From the NCBI RefSeq assembly GCF_030144855.1, contig NC_082714.1:64170001-64234000 (forward strand): a stretch of 64,000 nucleotides of DNA, in the 5' to 3' direction. The notes below the pieces were generated by a model, which was given only the letters and a program-made list of their open reading frames with translations, was not told the DNA's origin and ran no database searches. Origin of the DNA: Hypanus sabinus. Lineage: Eukaryota. The position numbers and the translations under genes are program-made. Within the stretch, counting starts at the first letter, position 1. Each line of letters opens with the position of its first letter. Shown one piece after another: positions 1-11,700 of the stretch.

Positions 1-39
1 AATTGTTGATTTTTTCAAAGCACGTCATTCTTATATAAT

Positions 40-2364
40 AAACACAAGGTTCTGCAGATGCTGAAAATCTTGAGAAACACATTCAAAATACTGGAGAAAC
101 TCAGCAGGTCAAGCAGCATCTATGGAAAGGAATAAACAGTCGACGTTTCGGGCTGAGACACTTCATCAGGACTGGAGAGGAAGGGTGAAGAAACCAGAAT
201 AAGAAGGTGGGGTAAGGAGAAGGAGTATAAGCTGGAAGGTTTTAGGTGAAGCCAGGTTGGTGGGAGAAGGGGGATGAAGTGAGAAACTAGGAGGTGACAG
301 GTGGAAAATATAAGGGATGAAGAAGAAAGAGGAATAGCCTACTCAGGCCCAACAAGGTATTGTCTCCGCACCATCACCACCTCATCAACCATGATCTCCC
401 ATCCACTGTTACAAACCTCATGGTTCCTTATCCCACACTGCTCATTTCTACCTCATAGCCAAGATTCACAAACCAGTCTGTTTGGGTAGTTCTACTGGTT
501 CTGCCTGCTCCCGCCCAACTGAACTCATGTCTGCATACCTGAACTCCATGTTATTCTACTTGGTTCAGTCCCTTCCCGTGTATATTCATGACACTTCACA
601 TGCTGTCGATTTCTTCAACAACTTTGAAATCCCTGGCCCTGATTGCCTCATTTTCTCCAGGGATGTCCAGACCCTTTGTACTTCTATCCTCACTCAAGAA
701 GGACTTAAAGCTCTCTGCTTCTTTATGAACAGCAGATCCAACCAGTTTCTCTCCACCACCACCTACGCCCATCCAGTGGAAATGATCCTCACATTCAACA
801 ATTTCTCTTTTGGCTCCAAGGAGTAGCCATGGGTATCTGCAAGGGCCCCAGCTAAGCCTGCCTTTTCGTTGGCTATGTGGAACAATCCATCTTCTAAGCC
901 TTCACTGGTAACGCTACCCAACTCTTTCTGTGCTACACTGATGACTGCACTGGTGCTGCGTCATACATCTATGCTGAGTTGTTAATTTTATCAACTTTGT
1001 CTTCAACTTCCACCCTGCCCTTAAATTCACTTGTTCCATTTCTGAAACCTCTCTCCCCTTTCTCAATCTGTCTCCATGTCAGGGAACAAATTGTTTATCG
1101 ACATCTTTTATAAACCTACCGATTCCCAAGGCTATCTTGATTATACCCTTCCCACTGTCTCCTGAAAAAAATGCTATTCCTTTTTACAGTTCCTTTGCCT
1201 CTGCCACACCTGTTCCCAGAATGAGGCTTTCATTTGTAGAACATCAGAGATGTCCTCCTACTTCAAATAACGGGGTTTCCCTTCCTCCACCACTGATGTT
1301 GCCCTCACCCGCATCACCTCCATTTCCCAGACATCTGCCCTCACTCCATCTTCTCACTGCCTTAATAAGGACAGAGCTATGTTTTTTCTTACCTACCACC
1401 CCATGAGCCTCCGCATCCAGCATATCATTTTTTGAAACTTCAGCCATCTTCAAAGGAATCTACCACCAAATACATCTTTACCTTCACTCCACTTCCCACT
1501 TTTTGTAGGGATGGCTCCCTCCGTGATTCCCTTGTCCATTTATCCCTCCCTACTAATCTTCCTCCTGGCACTTTTTTCCTGCAAGTGAAAGAAATGCTAC
1601 ACCTGCTCCTTCACCTCCTCCCTCACTTCCATTCAGGACCTCAAATAATCTTTTCAGGTGAGGTAACACTTCACCTGCAAATCTGTTGGGGTCTTCTACT
1701 GTATCTGATGCTCCTAATGTGGCCTCCTCTACATTGGTGAGACCCAACATAGACTGGGGCACCGCTTTATTGAGAATCTTCACTCCATCCACAACAAACA
1801 GGATTTCCCAATGACAACCATTTTAATTTCAATCACCATTCCCATACTCTTCTAGTGTCATGATGAGGCCACTCTGAGGTTGGAGGAGCAACACCTCATA
1901 TTCTACATAGATGGCCCCCAACCTGATGGCATGAACATCAATTTCTCTCATTTCTGGTGGATTGTCCCCCCCTCCCCCTTCTTTCACTCTGACTTTGGCT
2001 CCCCTCTTAACTCCTCTCTTGTCCTTCCCTGTCTATCACCTCCCCATGGTGCCCCTACCCTTTCCCTTCTTCCATGGCCCATTCTCCTCTCCTATCAGAT
2101 TCTTTCTTCACCAGCCCTTTATCTTTTCCACCTATCACCTCCCAGCTTCTCATTTCATCCCTCTCCAACCAATCACCTGGCTTCACCTATCACCATCTAT
2201 CTTGTACTCCTTCTGCTCCTCCCACCTTCTTATTCTGGCTTCTTCCCCATCATTTCCAGTCCTGACGAAGGGTCTCGGCCCCAAATATCAACTGTTTATG
2301 AACTTTCCATAGATATTGCCTGACATGCTGAGTGTTCTTACAGCATTTTGTTTGTGTTACTCAT
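40..2364 (+). mobile_element. Degenerate Penelope-like retroelement (RT + GIY-YIG) with inverted terminal-repeat copy at about 40-335
   Basis: RT remnants PTELMSAYLNS..LVQSLPVYIHDTSH..IFSRDVQTL, GVAMG and DD-like motif region; GIY-YIG tail LEEQHLIF..QPDGMNINFS; 40-335 is the reverse complement of the 3' end (about 2100-2364). Confidence 0.88.
137..174 (-). ncRNA. Minimal type I hammerhead ribozyme motif in PLE terminal repeat
   Basis: Minus strand CAGTC-CTGATGA-AGTGTCTCAGCCC-GAAA-CG-TC-GACTG: intact core, GUC cleavage triplet, 5-bp stem I; stem II carries a mismatch. Confidence 0.72.
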
Positions 2365-2580
2365 ATCTATATAATTTTGTTGTGTAATCTGACTCAATTT
2401 TAGTATTTGACATACTCAGGAGTTTGGAGCACATGCTCTTAACTTGTGAGCAAGATGCAGAAAACTGAGCTAACACTCAATCCATCAGTGACTAAGAAGG
2501 ATAAAAGCTACTTGTCCATTCCAGAGTTCAGACACATGCAATATTCACCTCAACCCTCACGATACCTTACTAATCTTTAC

Positions 2581-2704
2581 CTTATGGTCAGCAAACAGGA
2601 GCTTCTGCTGTTGTTCAGGACAACAGGATATGACTTCAGGGTCCAGCAACTCAAACCAGTCAATCAGTAGCCCAGATGCCGAAACGGGCTTCATCTGCTC
2701 CACA
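2581..2704 (-). CDS. INTS1: INTS1 exon T (124 nt): [41 protein letters not shown]
   Basis: tctgcag acceptor, GTAAAG donor, phase 2 to 0. Confidence 0.93.
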
Positions 2705-5700
2705 CTGCAGAGATCAAGAGAAAAGCAGAGACAGTGATAACATGCAGAAGAACTAAGAATGATAAGCACAGAATTATTGCAGCATGGAAAAAGACTAGAT
2801 AACAAAGAAAGACAAAAGCAATCTAGTCAGTCCCATTCCCATTCCCCAGCCTTTTGTCAATGCAATTTTTACCCCTCTCAAATATCAATGTATTTTTCTT
2901 CTGAGAGAAACAAATTTTGCTTTCATCACTCTTGGCAATGAATTTCAAATTTCAAAATGTTTACCCCTCTGTCACCCTAGCTCTTTTATTCATTACCTTC
3001 AATTCAAGTTCTCTTCTTCTTCTCAATCCTTCCAGCAAAAGAAAGACTCCTTAATTCACTTTGTCTGAGCATTTGTGAAATTAACACATCTCGCTATTCT
3101 CTGCTTCAAGAATAACCTCAACTCCTCCAATCTATTCACATAGCTTAAATTTTCCTTACATGGCAACACACTTCAAAAATTTTTCTGTACCTTCTCTTTG
3201 CTATCAATTCTTTTTATAATAGTCATTAGAAATGTATGGAATAACCTAATTACACCAAATTTGAGTTTCATAAAGATTCAACATCACCTCCTCACTTTTA
3301 TGATGTGTGCATCCATTTATAAAGTTCAGTAATCAATATACTTCATTCCCTCCAATTATTTTCTGAAGTTTGTGTACAAAAATATCCATTATCTCTCTGG
3401 CCACTCACTTTTAGAAATATATATTTTATATTAGTCGACCAGGCTTCTATCCTCAGCAGTTTGAGAACGAGAGATGATCCCATTCTTACAGAACTCAACA
3501 AAGTAGACATTTCTATTGGCTGCGATGTCAAGAAGCAGACACCTGTCTCAGAATAAGGGGTATTTCCTTTAATTGTCAGATGGGGTGAAAGCTCTGTTGA
3601 TCTGTGTTTAGAATGATCTCAATGACCGTCACTCCATGGTTCTCTGAAGTACAAAATTCAAAGTTCATCACCCTGAGTGAAGAAATTTCACTTCTTTCTA
3701 GTCCAAGGTGAAGTGGCCCTCATGGTATCCACAGTCAGCCAACCAGAGAAAGATCCAATTTTCACCCTTTCTTGGCTTCCTAATTTCCTTTCTCACTTGT
3801 ATTTTGATCTTTTTATATCTGATTTCTTCCACACATCACTATTTTTACTGTTTCCTCTTACTCTTTTGACATCACATCACCAGTCTCTGGCTTTGACCGT
3901 CCAAGTGGGAATGCATCTGGATCGTATCCTAACCATCTTGTCCTTAATGACTCATCAACATCTGCCAATTTCTGATTTCAATTTTCTGCAGCCTTTTGCA
4001 TTTTCAAATAAGTATGTCATTCTCTTAAGCACTTTTACTTTACATAGTCTCTTAGCCTTTCATAGTGCTGTTGTGAACCTTACAACACTATAACCTCTGT
4101 TACCTGTTGACACTTGCTTCATTTCATTCCCCATCACCATATTCAATATTTTAGAATTCTGATTAAATTAATTTTAATTAAATTTCACATTTAAATTAAG
4201 TATTTTGTGTTGGTTGAGAAACCTTCTTATAAAACACTCCTGAACACATTTCAGAAATTCTTTCCCTCTATCCTTTATGCTGTTACTACTCAATCTCTGT
4301 CAGCAAATCCAAAGTACCCCATTCTTACATTTCTTCAATTTCTTGCACATTTGTTACCTTATATTCCTCACTGTAAATGGTAGCCAAGAAAAAAGGCATA
4401 ACTCAAGCAGTAATGGATTGTGTGTGGAGGAAATTATCAGTAGATTGCATGCCTGACTCAAAAGTTTATGAGCCTGAGAAAGCATTGTCAAATTTACAAG
4501 CAACACACACAAAATGCTAGTGGAACACAGCAGGCCAGGCAGCATCTATAAGGAGAAACACTGTTGACGTTTCGGGCCGAGACCCTTCATCAGGACTAAT
4601 TGAAAGGAAAGATAGTAAGAGATTTGAAAGTAGGAGGGGGAGGGGAAAATGCAAAATGATTGGAGAAGACCAGAGGGGGTGGGATGAAGCTGAGAGCTGG
4701 AAAGGTGATTGGCATTAGGGATACAGAGCTGGAGAAGGGAAAGGATCATGGGACGCCAGACCTTGGGAGAAAGAAAGGGGGAGGGGAGCACCAGAGGAAG
4801 ATGGAGAACAGGCAGAGTGATGGGCAGAAAGAGCGAAGGGGGGGAACTAAATATATCAGGGATGGGATAGGAAGGGGAGGAGGGGCATTAACAGAAGTTA
4901 GAGAAGTCAATATTCATGCCAACAGGTTGGAGGTTCCTCCAACCCGAGTGTGGCTTCATCTTGACAGTAGAGGAGGCCATGGATAGACATATCAGAATGG
5001 GAATGGGACATGGAATTAAAATGTGTGGCCACTGGGAGATCCTGTTTTCTCTGACGGACCGAGCGTAGGGGTTCAGCGAAACGGTCTCCCAGTCTGCGTT
5101 GGGTCTCACCAATATATAAAAGGCCACACCGGGAGCACCAGACACAGTATATCACAACAGCCAATTCACAAGTGAAGTGTCGCCTCACCTGGAAGGACCG
5201 TCTGGGGCCCTGAATGGTGGAGAGGGAGGAAGTGTAAGGGCAGGTGTAGCACTTGTTCCGCTTACAAGGATAAGTGCCAGGAGGGAGATCGGTGGGAAGG
5301 GATGGGGGGAACGACGAATGGACAAGGGAGTCGCATACGGAGCAATCCCTGCGGAAAGCAGAAAGAGGGGGGAGGGAAAGATGTGCTCGGTAGTGGGATC
5401 CCTTTGGAGGTGGTGGAAGTTACGGAGAATTATATGTTGGACCCGGAGGCTGGTGGGGTGGTAGGTGAGGAGAAGGGGAGCCCTATCCCGAGTGAGGTGG
5501 TGAGCGGATGGGGTGAGGGCAGATGTGTGGGAAATGGGAGAGATGCATTTGAGAGCAGAGATGATGGTGGAAGAAGAGAAGCCCCTTTGTTTAAAAAAGG
5601 AAGGCACCTCCTTCGTCCTGGAATGAAAAGCCTCACCCTGAGAGCAGATGCAGCAGAGGCGGAGGAATTGTGATAAAGGGATAGCCTTTTTGCAAGAGAC

Positions 5701-8700
5701 AGGGTGGGAAGAGGAATAGTCCAGGTAGCTGTGAGAGTCTGTAGGCTTATAGTAGATATCAGTAGATAAGCCGTCTCTAGAGATGGAGACAGAAAGATCA
5801 AGAAAGGGGAGGGAGGTGTCAAATTTACAAACTGGGCTAGGTTTGATGGACGAGACCAGGATGTCATGGAATAGTTACTGAAATCGCATTACCAGTACCT
5901 ATTGTTCAAACAGCAATGATAACTCTGCCTCAAGATGCAGGTCTACTGTGAATTAACAGTGGACCATTCAGCCCCTCAACCCTAGACCATCATTTAGATA
6001 TCATTCACTCACATTAGCAACCAATAGAAAGCATGGGATAATGTAACTCAAGCTAACGTAATGGTCTTTCTGTAGAAGCAGTGTTTGAGTTACGGTTAGA
6101 GATAATGGATGCTTTGGAATTTGAGCTGGGTCCTTTGTTCAGTGGGAGATGAAGAGAGAAGACACTGAAGAGAACTGGTCACAGGATTCATGTCGGTGGG
6201 GGGGGTCATGATTTGATGGAGCCAAGACCGATTGAGGATTGGTGAATATGAATTTTGGGGAGAGTTGAGCTCCAACTTGTGCACGTTTGACTGTTCAATT
6301 ATAATGGGTCCTTTTTGTTTTTTTCATTCTTTTCTTTACTAACTCTTTAGTTAAGATTCATAAATATAATTCCTTTAATTGTATGCAGTTTACTGTCTGT
6401 TATTTCTTGGCACTTGTAACAGGGTAACAAATTACACAGCACCCACAAAAAATGCAGTTTAGGGTGGGAGAGCTGTCCCAATCTCATGAATTTGGCGGGA
6501 CTGGAGTGTATTCCCGAGACTTATGCTGCCAAGAAAACCAAGGAGGTGTCACATGTATGGAAGAAATTTTCAGTAAATTGTGTGCTACTGTTCTGAATGC
6601 TCCCTCAACTCCATGCCTATCCATAGTAACCTTTCACCCTCTGGCTTAACATGAATCTGTCTCAAACATAATTCTGGTGTCATCAGCTGTTGAGGAAGAG
6701 AATTCAATGATTCACAGCTCTATGAGCAAATAATTTCAGCTCATGTCTGTCTTAAATAGATGAGTTCTTGATAGTGACCCCAAGTTCTACGTTCCCCTAC
6801 AAGAGAACATGTGCATCTGTCAAGATCCTTCTGGATCTTGAATGTTTCACTTGGTTCAAATACTGAAAGAGTACATTACGTATGCTTTTATTATCTTACT
6901 TTGAGACTTAATTATTAATAAAATTACAATTTATGAATTTGAATAACTACGTTGTGTGGTTAATGTGCTTAGGTCTTTTTCCACCAAGATTCTTGAGCCT
7001 TGAAATACAAGCAGAATCTCTACAATGGAACTGATGAGAAATACCTTACTGATACACAAATTTTACGCAATGTATTATTCTCTTGAGACTAACAGCTTTG
7101 TAAATCAAGGAATTCCTATACTATCAGTGCCAATGTAAATAAACCAGGTATTCAATAAACTTTGATATCGATCTCTTTCTTAGCTCCTTAAATTCTGCCT
7201 CTCAAACCTAATTCATCTTTCTACTGGAGTCAATCATATCAATATGGACCAAATCTTGGTTGTTTAGAGTCACTTCAAATTTCCTACAGTTGGTCAGTTA
7301 CGAATCTGATGTTACCACGATGGCAATGCACAATTTCGGCAAGGGATTTTAAAACAAATGGATGAAACTGTGAGGAGCTAAGCTCAAAAGGCTTGCAAAA
7401 CTCAGCAGTAATGACTAAAACTTTCCCCTTTAATTCACATTATCCATTTTTCAGATAGAGAGTTATCTTCTTGTGTTCACACTAAAACTTGTGATTTGAA
7501 TGCTGGACATCCAAAATAAAAACAAAAAGTAAGTAAAGAAAGCAAGGGGGAGCTTAATAATTGGTAACATGACCTCATTAGTTCTATCAAAAGTTGTCTG
7601 TGTCCATCTCTTTTCACTACTAATGTGCCCAAAAGAACTTCCAGCATTAAATACTTCTGTTCCTCAACATGGAGATTATGGGCCTTGTGCTCAAAGCTAG
7701 ATATCCAATAAGCTTCTCATCTGATCTCCCTCAGATTAAAGGGGTCCCTGAAGTTGGAAAGGACAGCAGAAGAGCACCTTCATTTGAAGAGGCCTCAAAT
7801 TTTTTTAAATCATAGTGCTAAAGCCCAAGTAGCAGTCTTGCTAGCTTAAAGAACAAACACTATCATCAGCTTATGAAACACTTATTGGAGTAATTAAACT
7901 TAAGTTGGGACATCAGAACTAGTAATGCAAATCACTACTCTATTGGGACCCTGGATAGTCATCAACTTACTGCTAGGCTGCTTAACATTTTAGACTGCAA
8001 CACATCATAATAAGCTCCAGCTTTCCATTCCCACCAGAAACACTCAGTCCCAAAACATTGCTCATTGTACACTGTTAGATTAACTTGCTGCACAAGTTAT
8101 TTGGTCACAGCCACTTTTCCCACCAAAAATGCCCCAATGGATCTACCTGTTGCCATCGACCTCCATCTTCACCACTGACTCTTCTCCTTCTTGATGAAGA
8201 AGTGTGGTTATCAGAGCCACTGGATCCATGGCTGTATGCTGTGTGGCCACTTCCGGGCTGGTGGTGAGGACTAATGTCAATAGTTCTTCCAAGTAGGGAG
8301 ACCGCATCTCAATTAAACCCTTTAATACTGTGGGATTGACAGAATTTTAATGGTGATAATCTCTAACAGAACAGATATCTAAAAAATTACAAAGAAAATG
8401 CCCAATAGGATGAGGCATAATTACGCCAGACACTTAGCATTCATTGCAAAATTCTTCTGACATTACTTAGAACTTTTACATTTCTTCATCTTGGCTACAT
8501 ATTTTACAGCATTCATTGCAAAATTCTTCTGACATTATTTAGAACTTTTACATTTCTTCATCTTGGCTACATATTTTACACATGTACAAACCAGCCTCCC
8601 TACACTGTTAAATACTGGACATTTTATCTTTTCATTCACTCGCACACATAATACTCTTCACTGCATTCTCTTCAAAGAGCTTGCTCATCACTGCACAGAT

Positions 8701-11700
8701 CATCTGAGCAATTCACCACAACTTCAGAAAACTTGCTTTCTGGTTTTAAATACAACTCTCAAATCTTTTGCTAGCTTCAGTTGTTGCCTTTCATTATTGC
8801 TGAGACAAAGCCAATGTAAAATGCACTCTTCCATGTCTCCGTGTTAATTAGGCTCAGAGGCACACGTAAACTGCAGAGAATTATTGTGCATTCCATTAGT
8901 TACTAATAAACTCAACAGGGAAATAAGTATAAATTTTTTTATTGAGAGAGTGATCAGAGCATGAAACTCCATTATAGGAAAGAGTTGAGGCAAATAACTC
9001 GAGATTTCAAACCAAAGGAGTACATGGGAGGAAAGAGAATAAAAGTATTTGCTGAAAGACAGAGTTAATCTTGGGTAAAAGGAACACTTCTGATAGGTTT
9101 AAACAGCAGTTTTGCCAAAGTGGTCCAATGGCTAAATTCAGTGCTGTCTACACTCTGGAGTTTACAAGAGAGAATAAAAGATGCTGAGCAGGATTGATAA
9201 AGTGGATGCTGGGAGGATGTTTCTGCTGGGGGGAGTATATAAAACTACATAGGACAATCTCAAGAAAAGGCTTTGATCACCAAGACCGGCACAAGAAAAA
9301 ACTTCTCTCTTAGGAACCATTGGAATTCTCTGCCGCAAAGCTGTAGATACTGGGTTATTAAATGCATTCAAAGGGCTGAGATGTATTTCTGGACTACAAG
9401 GCATTCAAAAGACATGGTGATCAAGCAGTAAAGTGGAGTTGTAGGCAAAATGCAGATAAGCATTGCTTTAAATGAATGGCAGAGCAGGTATGAGAAGCCA
9501 AGTAGTCCACTCTTTTTCATTTTTCAAATGCTCTTAAATGTTATGTGTTTAGATCTAAATGGTCTGGTTTGAATGGCAGCATCTCAAATTAACCTTATGC
9601 TAGTGTAGACACAGTCATAACACCTTTAGGAATTAATGATCAGAAAAATTATTCAACTTAGGATTATGTTTCTGGACTGGTAGCACTGAGACAGGACAAA
9701 TAATGCAGGGAAGGAAAGTTCACATCTTTACATTGCAGTTCATGAAATCTAATTAGTTGAATAATGTCCTTTAAGGGAGCATACCCTGCTGTCTTCATCT
9801 GGATCTTTCCTGCAAAACTATGACTGGTTACAAAGCAGCTTCGAATACTCAACTCTCAAGCAACGCAACTACATTATCTAGTAGTCATTGCTGTTTGTTG
9901 AGAACTTAGATAACCATAAAAATATATTGTACTAAGGCCATATGACAAAAAAAAGCCATTTTGTCTAAACTCAGTTGCCAGCTCCCTCTCCCTCCACGTT
10001 TCTCCTATTGCCTAGTGTTTCTCTCTCCCCTCCCCGCCGTCTTTCAGATCTACTCCTCAGGTTTTTTTCTCAGCCCTGCCGAAGGGTTTCGGCCTGAAAG
10101 GTTGACTGTGATTTTTTCCATAGATGCTGCCTGGCCTGCTGAGTTCTTTCAGCATTTTGTATATGTTGCCAGCTCTTAACTGTATTCCATAAATCACAGC
10201 AGATTAGGTGGCCATTCCATAAGATTATCGGATATACTGAGGGTTTCTTCCTCAAGCAATGAATTCAAGACAAACCATTCTTTAGGTGAAAATAAAATCT
10301 TCAGCTACTTCTCCCCACTATTCTTTCTATCTCAATTTGACTTTCTAATCACCCTAAGCAAAATAACCACTCTCTGTTCACCATGATAAGGCTGTACAAG
10401 ATTATAAACATTGATTAATCCTCTTTTGATCTTGACAACAGCCCCTGCCTAACTCTCTCTCCCTTATAATAATTCCCCAACGCTGGCAACATTCATATAC
10501 ATCTCCTCTCCAAGCTCTCTAGTGCTATTGTCCATTCTGCAAATGGTAGAGAACCTGGTTGTCACATGTCCAATGATGCAATGTTGATCACAGGGGAAAA
10601 GCACAACCCAGGTTTCAGAGCACTTTAGGACAACCTGAGGCCATTAAAGCCACAAAATCACAGCATCAAATATATGACATTTCTCAAGACAAGTGAACTC
10701 AGCAAACACAGTACCATTAAGAGTTCTACAGTGAGAAACATGTTTCCACCAGTTTTTTTTAAGTATTTTTTTCTGTCAAACAAAACTAGTTTCTTTCTAT
10801 CCATTAACTAATTCAGAACAAAGTAGAATGTGTTTGCCATACACTGCAGTAGATTCATACCTCTTCCCATCAACTCTGGCTCCACGTTGCATGCCTCCCC
10901 AGTTTTGAGAGCCGACATTATTGCTTGTACTGCTGAATCGATCAACTCCTGGTCTTGCTGATAGCTCAGCTGCTCAGCCAGGTGCCTGAAGTTGGCTCGT
11001 ACTGTAGAAACACAACCCCAAAATGTATTGCAAGCTGCGCAAAAAAAGTTAACACTGTAAGTTACAAGTTGAAGTCTAACCTACAGTATGTAGCAGAGGA
11101 TGCTAGACACTTGTTTATCCAATAAGCTAACAGCCTCACTTAGGCTGGGCTTTAAACAGATATAACCTAGCCATTACCCCCAGAAAGGGCAAAATAAAGT
11201 AATTTGGAGAGACGCTTGTATAACCACCAGTTAGAATGAATTGCGAATCTGAGACTTTATGTGTGACCCCAATTATTGGTTAGAAATAAATCTTTACAGA
11301 CTTGATATGATGGTGCTGTCATTTAAAATTATTCAATATATATGTCACCATAGATCAGTGACCCTCCAGCTGTTCTGAGGGACTCAAAAAGACAAGCAAA
11401 ATCCAATAAACAATTCAGAATACAAACATCCCAGATATTCATTTTGAAATAATGACCTGAAGGATCACTTGTTGTTTCAAACCAGTCTAACTTGGCTCCT
11501 CTAGCAAAGTATTATCTGAATTTTGCAGAACAGCTCTAGAATCCATTACTTTAACATTTAAAATAAGTTCTAATGAAATCCCTGATTGGTTAATTGGGTT
11601 TAAAAAGCCACCTGATAGAGTTCCCACCACGAGTGCCTAGATATTTTCAGAGACCTTGTCCAAGCTGTTTTGAATTAATCAACTCCAGCTAGGACAGTAA

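Noticed and set aside
2257-2294. Active plus-strand hammerheads (also about 10071, 27800, 47488)
   Set aside because: Essential core nucleotides are mutated (GAAA to CAAA or AAAA; CUGAUGA to CUGCCGA or CUGAUAA)
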